NCBI GenBank assembly: GCA_963787445.1
Contig: CAWBCT010000012.1
Span: forward strand, 1 to 12,920
Source of the DNA: an uncultured archaeon
Lineage (GTDB): Archaea > Micrarchaeota > Micrarchaeia > Micrarchaeales > CABMGC01
DNA length: 12,920 nt
Direction of reading: 5' to 3'
In this document: in pieces, positions 1 through 6,813 of the stretch
How the letters are laid out: every line of letters begins with the position of its first letter
How positions within the stretch are numbered: position 1 is the first letter of the stretch
The notes under the pieces: model-generated
Seen by the model: the letters and a program-made list of their open reading frames with translations, nothing else
Database searches by the model: none
What the model was told of the DNA's origin: nothing
Translations under genes and position numbers: made by a program

Positions 1-1135
1 CCGCATTGTTGATCGTAACTGTGACAGGCACGTTGTTTGAGGTTATGCCTGCGGCGTCGGTTACAAAGACTAACACTGAAGAAGTAATTGCTGAAGAGCC
101 AGTATTTGTTCCAGATATGGTGCAGATACTATTTGAGGGTCCACAGCCAACAACTATCGATAGTCCTGTCCCCTCCGACCATGCGTAGGTAAATGGATTG
201 GTTCCTCCGGAAGGTATCGCAGTAAAGGTTGTTTGCTGGCCATTGTCTATCGCTACTGGAGATAGGGTGGCTATTGACAGGCTCGGATTAACTGTAACTA
301 TCGCATTTACTGTGTTGGTGAAGACATTTGCAGCGTCGACAGCTGTCACTGATACCGGTGAAGTTATTGCTGAAGAACTCGGGTTAACACCCGATACTGT
401 GCAGAAATTATCCAATGGTCCACAGCCACTATGTATGGAAAGCCCGGCTCCTTGTGACCAAGTATAGGTAAATGGGCTTGTTCCTCCGGAAGGAGTTACT
501 GTGAAGGTTGTTTGCTGTGCATTGTCAATGACTACTTGGGATAGAGCTGGCAATGACGGATCAGGGTTGATCGTAACTGTGGCCTTTTCGTTATTTGAGG
601 CCTGGCTTGTGGCGTCGATCACGAAGACCAGTAGCGAAGAGGTTATTGCCGAAGAGCCGAGATTGGTTCCCGATACAGTACAGGAGGCGTCTAGCGCTCC
701 GCAGCCGCTGACTTTGGTAAGCCCTGACCCTCCTATAGACCAGGCGTAGGTCAGTGGGTCAGTTCCGCCAGAGGGCACCACAGTTAGGGTCGTGTGCTGG
801 CCATTGTCGATGGCTACTGGAGAGAGTGGGGCTATTGATAGACCAGGGTTCACCGTGACTATCGCATTTACTGTGTTGGTGAAGACATTTGCAGCGTCGA
901 GGGCAATCACAGATACGGGTGAAGTGATTGCTGAAGAACCTGAGTTTACTCCTTTTACTGTGCAGGAATTATCCGATGGCCCACAGCCACCATATATGGA
1001 AAGCCCTGCTCCCTGCGACCAGGTGTAGGTTAATGAACCAGTGCCGCCTGAAGATGTCACCGTGAAGGTTGTTTGTTCCCCATCATTAATGGCTGCCGGA
1101 GATAGGGTAGTCAGAGATGGATCAGGATTAACGGT
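1..1135 (-). repeat. At least four tandem ~93-94 aa Ig-like (PKD/SprB-like) stalk domains in ABAB order
   Basis: The GGTxxxTYxW motif recurs at about 1019-1029, 740-750, 458-468 and 179-189 (spacing 279/282/279 nt). Each unit has GCGxxxxxC, SSAITS and VTV/IN. Units 1 and 3 resemble each other, as do units 2 and 4. Confidence 0.85.
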
Positions 1136-3928
1136 TATTGATGCAGGTTGAGATGTAACCCCTTCGTTGTTTACGTCTCCGGAATAGGTTGCGGTTATTG
1201 TTGCGGTTATTGTTGCGGTCCCTGCGCCGATATTATTGTACCCGACGGTGCATGAACCGGCATTCAGAGTGCATGACTCTTCTACTAAAACGCCAGAATC
1301 AACAGCGAAGGTTACAGTGCCAGTCGGCACGCCGTATCCGGTGACTGTTGCAGTGCAGACTGTTTCTGGTGTGCCGTCTATATTTCTAATATCAAATGTC
1401 GGGCATGACACCACCACGGTCGGGGTGGGTGTAACTATGTCTCCCGAGCTTCCCGTACCGGAATTTACCCAGACATCATTATTGGACAGATCGCTATAGG
1501 TCCAGTTCCAGGCATAGCCATTATTATTGTATGCAAAACTTGCGCTTGCGTCCCCAGTCGGGAAGTAGTGATCCAGCCAGCTAAACGGAGTTGTGCTTCC
1601 TGTCTGGCCAGCCCCATAGGTGCCGAGCAATATGTCGTTTTCCGTGCCGTCAAAGTTGAATGGGCCGATATTTCCGGTTGTCTGGGCCGAAGTATTGAAG
1701 GTGCTCGACGTGAATGTGGCTGTGTAGCCTCCGCTTATTGGACCACAGCCGCTGGTGGGTTCCGCTATCCCATTTCCAGGGCTTAATGCTCCCTTGAATG
1801 TGCACCAGGTTCCCAGATATATGACATTTGCGGCATACGTTGTCTGCCCGGTTTGCCACACCATTATGTGCTTTGCGTAGCTGTCAAGCGCCCAGTACCC
1901 GGAGAATCCGCTGTCCTCGTCGTGGTTTACGTTCACTGTCACGTTTACAAGCGGGCCCGTTATTATCTCGCCGCTGTTGGACTGCGAGACGCTGGATGAG
2001 TCAACCCAGGTCTGGGTTCCTACCGGGCTCTTGTAAACGTAGGTGTAGGTGTAGCCGTTCGCTCCTGGATTCACGTTCGTAACGTCGGTGAAGTAGGGAG
2101 TCAGTCCGTAGGTGAAGTAGTAAGTGGTGCCGGAGTTCCCGTTCATGTTATAGGGTCCTATGGATGAATTGTCTGCCGCGTTTGCCAGGCCACCGGTTGA
2201 GAACAAAGTTGCATCAAAGGTCACGTTCTGGCTTCCGGTCATGGTAGCAATTCCGTTAGCCGGCTGGATTATCCCGTAGTTGGGGCTTGGCGATCCCGCG
2301 GTGATATAGGACTTTCCTGAGTCTGTGAGGTATGCAATGAAGCTGTTCGCTCCAGTCTGGTATACCTTCATCGTCCTGGAGAAGTTGTCATTCGCCCAAT
2401 TGCCCATGTATCCGCTGTCCGCATCGTTTAGGACGTTCGCGGTTACAAATAGGACCAGCTTGCTGGTTATGATATCGCCATAGGAAAGTAGGATCTGGGA
2501 GGTGTCAACCCAAGTCTGAGAACCACCCGAAGGGGTAGCGTAGGCGTAGCTGTAGGTGTATCCGGGCTGCACCTCGTTGGTTACGGTGCCTGAGAAGTAA
2601 CTGTTGGCAAGCGCCAGGAACTGATCGACAGAACCCACTCCCGGATTTTGCGGGTTAGCCAGGAGATCGCTAACGCTTGAGCCTGCGTCGTAGGTGCCTA
2701 TGAAGGCATTGCTTGTGGAGAAAATAGGGGTTAGGTCGCCTGTCGAGACGGGAACGGCATTCGGGTTAAATGTGCCCTCAAGTGTCCAGCTCTGCGTACC
2801 ATCCATGGCGGCGGTGCCGCTGAATGGCTCCACAGTTCCCGACTGGGGGCTTCTTACGCCAGCAGGTATGAAGGACGTTCCGACATCGGTAAGGTTAATC
2901 GTGTAATTCTCTGAGCCCGTCTGCCAGATCTGGAGAACCCGGTTGAATGTATCTATCGCCCAATAGGTGCCGAAGTTTCCGCTGTCCGCGTCGTTTATAA
3001 CATTTGCATTTACTTGTAGTGCGAGCACTCTTGGACTGAAGCGGCTGCTGTTAGTGGTATTTGTTATGTAGGAGCCTATGTATGCGGCGGCGTTGGTAAA
3101 CGCAACGTTTACTGCAGCGGTCTGGTTTGTAACATAGACTGTAGTAAATCCATTGGGATCGTGCGGCAGCGATACAACATACGGGAAGTAGGAGGTGTTA
3201 ACGTGGACATTGGTGATGGTGTAGAGCGGGTTGTCGATCTCGGTGTAGGCCTTGGTGCTCTCCCCGAAGTTGTTCACGCCGTTGATGGTTATGTTGTTTG
3301 ATCCACCAGGATAATTGTACTTTCCGGAAGCATAGATTGCTAGTCCTGCCCATGCATTTCCAGAGGTTGTAATGTTGCTGAAATGAACATTGTTTGAATC
3401 GGTTATTGAAAACCCGGTTCCATAGACAACGTTTGCAACGGTTACATGATCAATGATTGCATAATTTACGCCATTAAGGTCTACTCCGGTCCTGTATGAC
3501 GCGATAACAGTCACGTTTTGAATCGCAACGTTTGAATCACCCTCTACTTTTATTCCGTAACCAGAGCTGTGGCTGCTTACACCTTCAAGCGTTAATGACC
3601 TTATTGCAACAGAATTCGCGTTGGTGTATATTCCGTACGATGTCGAGCTGGATGATATTATTACTCCACTCTCTGATGCGCCGACAAGGGTTAGTGGTTC
3701 ATTTATTGTTAGTTGTCCGGTGTTGCTATAGGTTCCTGCCATTATATAGACGACTGGGCTAAGATCTAGAGTGTTTGCTTCTGCAGCAATTATTGCGCTT
3801 TGTAGGGTAGAGTAGGTTGCCCCACTTCCACTTGGGCCGACCGTGTATGTTGCGGCCGATACAATCTGGGTACCAAACCCGACTGCCAAAATTAACGCAA
3901 ATATAGCCAATAGAGCATAGTTTTTCAT
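1..3928 (-). CDS. Large secreted cell-surface protein (>=1309 aa, 3' end outside window): signal peptide, pectin-lyase-like beta-helix, 3 large DxDSG-W repeats, Ig-like stalk repeats
   Basis: Manual translation from ATG 3928 (GTGGTGGA immediately upstream) reads open to position 2. It begins MKNYALLAIFALILAVGFGTQIVSA-ATYTVGPSGSGATYSTLQSAIIAA...VVYIMAGTY, a signal peptide plus the typical beta-helix N-cap. It is probably missing from the ORF track because it has no stop in the window. The plus-strand ORFs at 6, 198, 501, 792, 1236 and 2694 all share one register, consistent with shadows of a single uninterrupted frame. Confidence 0.9.
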   Translation of the reverse strand, partial: MKNYALLAIFALILAVGFGTQIVSAATYTVGPSGSGATYSTLQSAIIAAEANTLDLSPVVYIMAGTYSNTGQLTINEPLTLVGASESGVIISSSSTSYGIYTNANSVAIRSLTLEGVSSHSSGYGIKVEGDSNVAIQNVTVIASYRTGVDLNGVNYAIIDHVTVANVVYGTGFSITDSNNVHFSNITTSGNAWAGLAIYASGKYNYPGGSNNITINGVNNFGESTKAYTEIDNPLYTITNVHVNTSYFPYVVSLPHDPNGFTTVYVTNQTAAVNVAFTNAAAYIGSYITNTTNSSRFSPRVLALQVNANVINDADSGNFGTYWAIDTFNRVLQIWQTGSENYTINLTDVGTSFIPAGVRSPQSGTVEPFSGTAAMDGTQSWTLEGTFNPNAVPVSTGDLTPIFSTSNAFIGTYDAGSSVSDLLANPQNPGVGSVDQFLALANSYFSGTVTNEVQPGYTYSYAYATPSGGSQTWVDTSQILLSYGDIITSKLVLFVTANVLNDADSGYMGNWANDNFSRTMKVYQTGANSFIAYLTDSGKSYITAGSPSPNYGIIQPANGIATMTGSQNVTFDATLFSTGGLANAADNSSIGPYNMNGNSGTTYYFTYGLTPYFTDVTNVNPGANGYTYTYVYKSPVGTQTWVDSSSVSQSNSGEIITGPLVNVTVNVNHDEDSGFSGYWALDSYAKHIMVWQTGQTTYAANVIYLGTWCTFKGALSPGNGIAEPTSGCGPISGGYTATFTSSTFNTSAQTTGNIGPFNFDGTENDILLGTYGAGQTGSTTPFSWLDHYFPTGDASASFAYNNNGYAWNWTYSDLSNNDVWVNSGTGSSGDIVTPTPTVVVSCPTFDIRNIDGTPETVCTATVTGYGVPTGTVTFAVDSGVLVEESCTLNAGSCTVGYNNIGAGTATITATITATYSGDVNNEGVTSQPASITVNPDPSLTTLSPAAINDGEQTTFTVTSSGGTGSLTYTWSQGAGLSIYGGCGPSDNSCTVKGVNSGSSAITSPVSVIALDAANVFTNTVNAIVTVNPGLSIAPLSPVAIDNGQHTTLTVVPSGGTDPLTYAWSIGGSGLTKVSGCGALDASCTVSGTNLGSSAITSSLLVFVIDATSQASNNEKATVTINPDPSLPALSQVVIDNAQQTTFTVTPSGGTSPFTYTWSQGAGLSIHSGCGPLDNFCTVSGVNPSSSAITSPVSVTAVDAANVFTNTVNAIVTVNPSLSIATLSPVAIDNGQQTTFTAIPSGGTNPFTYAWSEGTGLSIVVGCGPSNSICTISGTNTGSSAITSSVLVFVTDAAGITSNNVPVTVTINNA
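297..900. repeat. Perfect 43-bp direct repeat pair (297-339 and 858-900)
   Basis: ACTATCGCATTTACTGTGTTGGTGAAGACATTTGCAGCGTCGA occurs twice, 561 nt apart (two Ig units). Confidence 0.95.
1188..1219. repeat. In-frame 12-bp tandem repeat (2.7 copies) encoding TATI-TATI-TAT
   Basis: GTTGCGGTTATT GTTGCGGTTATT GTTGCGGT, inside a Big_3-like domain ending TITATYSGDxN. Confidence 0.9.
1430..3030 (-). repeat. Three tandem ~170-190 aa repeats with a DxDSG-x(3-4)-WAxD ... QTG ... WV(D/N) ... G(D/E)I(I/V)T signature
   Basis: NDADSGNFGTYWAIDTFNR, NDADSGYMGNWANDNFSR and HDEDSGFSGYWALDSYAK. The shared 10-mer TCCGCTGTCC lies at 2978-2987, 2411-2420 and 1907-1916 (periods 567 and 504 nt). Confidence 0.85.
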
Positions 3929-3938
3929 TCCACCACTT

Positions 3939-4023
3939 AAGGTTCTGTCGAGTGTAAAATAGTTGGGAGCGGCAGTAAAAAAATGGCTCGGTATCTCAAC
4001 TATTTTGCCTTAGACTTAACCTT
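3939..4023 (-). promoter_or_regulatory. Long imperfect hairpin filling the predicted 5' leader of the large surface protein gene
   Basis: AAAATAGTTGGGA (3956-3968) pairs with TCTCAACTATTTT (3994-4006) at 12/13 positions. It is extended by GTC/GAC (3947-3949/4013-4015) and AAGGTT/AACCTT (3939-3944/4018-4023). An A7 tract at 3977-3983 (U7 in the transcript) lies in the loop. Confidence 0.6.
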
Positions 4024-4024
4024 C

Positions 4025-4065
4025 ACCATATGGTCTGGGAAAGTTAGATATATACGTCTTTCGGC
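4025..4065 (-). promoter_or_regulatory. Putative archaeal BRE/TATA promoter of the large surface protein gene, with a 10-bp palindrome
   Basis: Minus strand reads GCCGAAAGACG-TATATAT (TATA at 4054-4048), predicting a TSS near 4024. Palindrome ACCATATGGT at 4025-4034. Confidence 0.5.
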
Positions 4066-4087
4066 TTGCTTAGTTTTGAGATAATTC

Positions 4088-4100
4088 CTTTTATATTTAT
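4088..4100 (+). promoter_or_regulatory. Putative TATA box of hjc
   Basis: TTTTATATTTAT lies about 30 nt upstream of the CTG at 4126 and inside the ORF-track N-terminal extension. Confidence 0.5.
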
Positions 4101-4125
4101 CCAGAGCAGTAAGCCTGGCGATTCA

Positions 4126-4575
4126 CTGCACAGGTACGTCAAAGGCGCGCGGAGCGAAAGGGAACTGCTGAACAGGCTCTACGAGAGCGGCTACTCTGTG
4201 ATACGGGCTGCCGGCTCCGGAGTAAATGCTCTTGGACCCGACATAATCGCGGTCAAGGACCAGTTCTGCATGGCCTTCGAGTGCAAGGCCTGGGAGAGGA
4301 ACAGGCTGAGCATAGACCCTGAGGCCTATGTAAAACTAAGGGAGTGGGCCGACAATACAAAGTTTCCCACCTATATAGCCTGGAGAATGAACAACAAGGG
4401 CTGGTTCTTCGTTACCCTTGACGAGCTGAAGCACGGGGAGAAGGATCACAGCATCACCAAGATAAGGACGCTTGAGATAAACCGCCTCTACGAGCATGTC
4501 ATCTCCAGGACAGAACCACAACAGGCGCAGAACGAAAAATCTGTATTAACTAATCTTAAATCATTAAGTCCTTAA
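4126..4575 (+). CDS. hjc: Archaeal Holliday junction resolvase Hjc (PD-(D/E)XK nuclease)
   Basis: KGARSERELLNRL, GYSVIRAAGSG, PDIIAVK and AFECK match the Hjc signature. The ORF track starts at TTG 4066, but the conserved region begins at CTG 4126 (xHRYVKG). Confidence 0.9.
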   Translation: MHRYVKGARSERELLNRLYESGYSVIRAAGSGVNALGPDIIAVKDQFCMAFECKAWERNRLSIDPEAYVKLREWADNTKFPTYIAWRMNNKGWFFVTLDELKHGEKDHSITKIRTLEINRLYEHVISRTEPQQAQNEKSVLTNLKSLSP

Positions 4576-4579
4576 TATT

Positions 4580-5965
4580 TTAATCTTTCTTATCTTTGGT
4601 ATATTTTGAAGAGCGTCCGCTTCCAATTTTCTTGAGAATCATTTGCAAAACTAAATCATTCAAGTACTTTATGGCTGTGGGATGGGATACACCGATGATT
4701 TGGGCATAATGTGGTGCTGTTAGAAATTCGTGTTTTTCCAGATATGCTAATGCTTTTTGTTGCATGTTGCTAATATTGCCGTAGGGCTTTGCTACTCGAT
4801 CTGAAAGCGGACCATAGAGTACTATACGGAAGAACCCGCCAAGATCATCAAATACAGGGTCTGGCATTCCATTATCGCGCATTATTCCGATAATGGCTCT
4901 AACACCAAGATTGAGCCCATCGCCCCAGCCTGCATCGTTTAGGATGCGATGTAGTATTGGATTGCGATGTCGGCGCAAATCAGCAAAATTTTTGAGCGTC
5001 TGGCCCGGAAGCAGGGTACCTGGATTAGTTAGCGTGATGCGATCGTCAAATATTTCTACCAAAATTCCGTTAGGGTCAAAATAATCACGATGGCCCACAG
5101 CGTTGGTGAGGGCTTCGCGTAAAACCTTGTCTGGAACCATTGGCATCTCGACGCGTCTTCCATTGATTATGCGGGCTGCGATTCCTGCCTTTTCTTTGAT
5201 TATAGAGAATGCTTTTTCTAACAATTCGGGGCATGTATCTATTAGGCGTTGATCATATTCCCTAGATTCGATTGATGGGGTTCGGCCTTTGTATTTGACG
5301 ATACGTATTTCGCAGTTTGAGAAGAAGCGGGTAATATCCTTTGCAAAAGCTAACAGGCCAACATTTTTTATATAGAATTCTCCGATTGCATTGGCAACTC
5401 CGAGAGATTGCAGGAGCGCTTCTGCCGGAACCTCACCAATCTTTGGTTTTTTGTCTGTTCGATTAACTAAATGTTTACCGATCTTCTCTTCAGAAAGATC
5501 TTTTAATTTGGCGGCCGATCTGCCTTCCTCAAATGAGATAATACCGCGTGCTTTAAGAAACTCTATAAGTTGTTTATGGGAGACTTCCACGTTAACAGAT
5601 CCTTGTCTTACGTAAACTCGATTCCCAAAAAAACAGACGTCCCCAGGGGATAATGCCGAGATATTAACAAGGATGACAAGTTTACCATCTATATTGTGTT
5701 CTTCATAGCTGACCAATGGCCTTGGTTCAAGCTGAGGTAGAATAGCCGCCATTTTCTGGTAAGCTTCATCCTTTTTCTGAATTCCGATAGCGGCTGCTTT
5801 TCCGTTTACTGACTCTATTCCAAGCACTAACAGTCCGCCTCCAGCATTGGCGAAGGCACATACAGTCTGTCCAATTCTATCGGCAAAATGGACAGACTTC
5901 TTGAATTCTAACCTTGATCCCTCTTCCTGGGAAAGGAGGTATTGTACTTCTTCCTTCGAAAGCAT
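4580..5965 (-). CDS. Schlafen/AlbA_2 domain protein with HATPase_c_4 (RecG C-terminal-like) and C-terminal winged-HTH domains
   Basis: EEGSRLEFKKS and VCAFANAGGGLLVLGI (AlbA_2); LREALTNAVGHRDY, EIFDDRITLTNPG, RNPIL and GLNLG (HATPase_c_4); C-terminal QQKALAYL...VSHPTAIKYLNDLV...KIGSGRSSKY (wHTH). Visibly more AT-rich than its neighbours. Confidence 0.9.
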   Translation of the reverse strand: MLSKEEVQYLLSQEEGSRLEFKKSVHFADRIGQTVCAFANAGGGLLVLGIESVNGKAAAIGIQKKDEAYQKMAAILPQLEPRPLVSYEEHNIDGKLVILVNISALSPGDVCFFGNRVYVRQGSVNVEVSHKQLIEFLKARGIISFEEGRSAAKLKDLSEEKIGKHLVNRTDKKPKIGEVPAEALLQSLGVANAIGEFYIKNVGLLAFAKDITRFFSNCEIRIVKYKGRTPSIESREYDQRLIDTCPELLEKAFSIIKEKAGIAARIINGRRVEMPMVPDKVLREALTNAVGHRDYFDPNGILVEIFDDRITLTNPGTLLPGQTLKNFADLRRHRNPILHRILNDAGWGDGLNLGVRAIIGIMRDNGMPDPVFDDLGGFFRIVLYGPLSDRVAKPYGNISNMQQKALAYLEKHEFLTAPHYAQIIGVSHPTAIKYLNDLVLQMILKKIGSGRSSKYTKDKKD

Positions 5966-6008
5966 ATTAAAATATTAAACAATAACATATTTAATACTAT
6001 TTAATACA
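5966..6008 (-). promoter_or_regulatory. AT-rich promoter (leaderless type) embedded in the right inverted repeat, with tandem 10-bp and 8-bp repeats
   Basis: TATTTAATAC x2 at 5988-6007 and ATATTAAA x2 at 5964-5979. Minus-strand TTAAATA lies about 25-30 nt upstream of ATG 5965. Confidence 0.5.
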
Positions 6009-6041
6009 AAACTTGCATAATTAGGGGATAATTTTAGCAGT

Positions 6042-6809
6042 TTATACTCCCGCGTCAAGGATCTCCTGAAGGATCCCTTTTGCCTGCTCCGGGCTTGAGA
6101 CCGCTATGCAGTCCACCTGCAGGGTCAGGACGGGATAGTCGTTTCCGCCCTCGAAGAGGGCGTCGCCTATGAAGAGCATCTCATCAATGCTGAAGCCGAG
6201 CCTCTCCTGTATCTTCTTTATCCCGTAGGCCTTGTCTATTCCGGCCAGGGTTACGTCTATCGAGGTGGTCCCGCCAATCTTTGCCTGGGTCCCCTCCGGC
6301 AGATATTTATTGAGGTGCTCCACTATCTTCAGGCGCTTGCTTGCATCGGGATCATAGGCGCTTTTTATCTCCAATGGCGCGGTCTGGCCGTTGGCCGAGA
6401 AGGTTATCTGGGTGCCCCTGTCCTCGATAAGTTCACCGTATATCTTCTCCGGTTTCTGGAACCCCGCATCTGCGAGCGCCTTATCGAAAGCCTCGAAGAT
6501 CTGCTTCTTCTTTTCATCGGGAAGGCTCTCGGTGTAGACGTTCTGCCACTCGTTGCCGTTGTTAACGTACATCGAGGTTGCACAGGTCGGGAAGAGGTAA
6601 AGATGGGAGAGGTCGGCGCCATCGGCAGGAATGGACTTCACGAACTGGGTGAGGAACTGGTTGTAGGAGCCTCCGGAGATTACCGCAAAGTGCTTGAACC
6701 TGAGCAGGCGCGCGATTATGCCGGCCATCTCCGGATCCATGGGCGACTTGCTCTCCGCAAGGGTCCCGTCGAGGTCAGCTATTATTATCTTTTTTGAAGC
6801 GTAGTCCAT
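6042..6809 (-). CDS. HAD-IIB family enzyme, alpha-phosphomannomutase-like
   Basis: Motif I ADLDGTL, motif II ISGG, cap motifs IEDRGTQITFS and GGTTSIDV, motif III DK, motif IV FIGDALFEGGNDY. Confidence 0.85.
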   Translation of the reverse strand: MDYASKKIIIADLDGTLAESKSPMDPEMAGIIARLLRFKHFAVISGGSYNQFLTQFVKSIPADGADLSHLYLFPTCATSMYVNNGNEWQNVYTESLPDEKKKQIFEAFDKALADAGFQKPEKIYGELIEDRGTQITFSANGQTAPLEIKSAYDPDASKRLKIVEHLNKYLPEGTQAKIGGTTSIDVTLAGIDKAYGIKKIQERLGFSIDEMLFIGDALFEGGNDYPVLTLQVDCIAVSSPEQAKGILQEILDAGV

Positions 6810-6813
6810 GTTT

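Larger units (their letters stand above)
4542..6008. mobile_element. Candidate non-autonomous cassette: 1467 bp bounded by 43-bp imperfect inverted repeats (TGT...ACA ends), carrying a single gene
   Basis: Left 4542-4584 TGTATTAACTAATCTTAAATCATTAAGTCCTTAATATTTTAAT versus the reverse complement of 5966-6008 TGTATTAAATAGTATTAAATATGTTATTGTTTAATATTTTAAT gives 33/43 ungapped identity, with the outer 8 and inner 13 bp perfect. No transposase is present. The flanks AAATC / AAACT are only a partial target duplication. Confidence 0.55.

Noticed and set aside
297-900. 43-bp repeat pair considered as CRISPR repeats or a DGR template/variable repeat
   Set aside because: There are only two copies, 561 nt apart and in frame within coding repeats. 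There are no adenine-specific mismatches and no cas or reverse transcriptase gene in the window.
6-3762. Short ORF-track entries across 6-3762 (both strands)
   Set aside because: They are shadow or alternative frames of the 1309-codon minus-strand gene, and their apparent repeats only mirror its Ig repeats.
4066-4125. N-terminal extension of Hjc from TTG 4066
   Set aside because: It overlaps the TATA-like box and does not resemble Hjc.
4537-6013. 5-bp target site duplication around the inverted-repeat cassette
   Set aside because: AAATC versus AAACT match at only 3 of 5 positions in AT-rich sequence, so this was not counted as evidence.
6009-6040. Possible dif/Xer site (GCATAA-TTAGGG-GATAA)
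   Set aside because: The arms are not inverted around the 6-bp spacer as Xer sites require.
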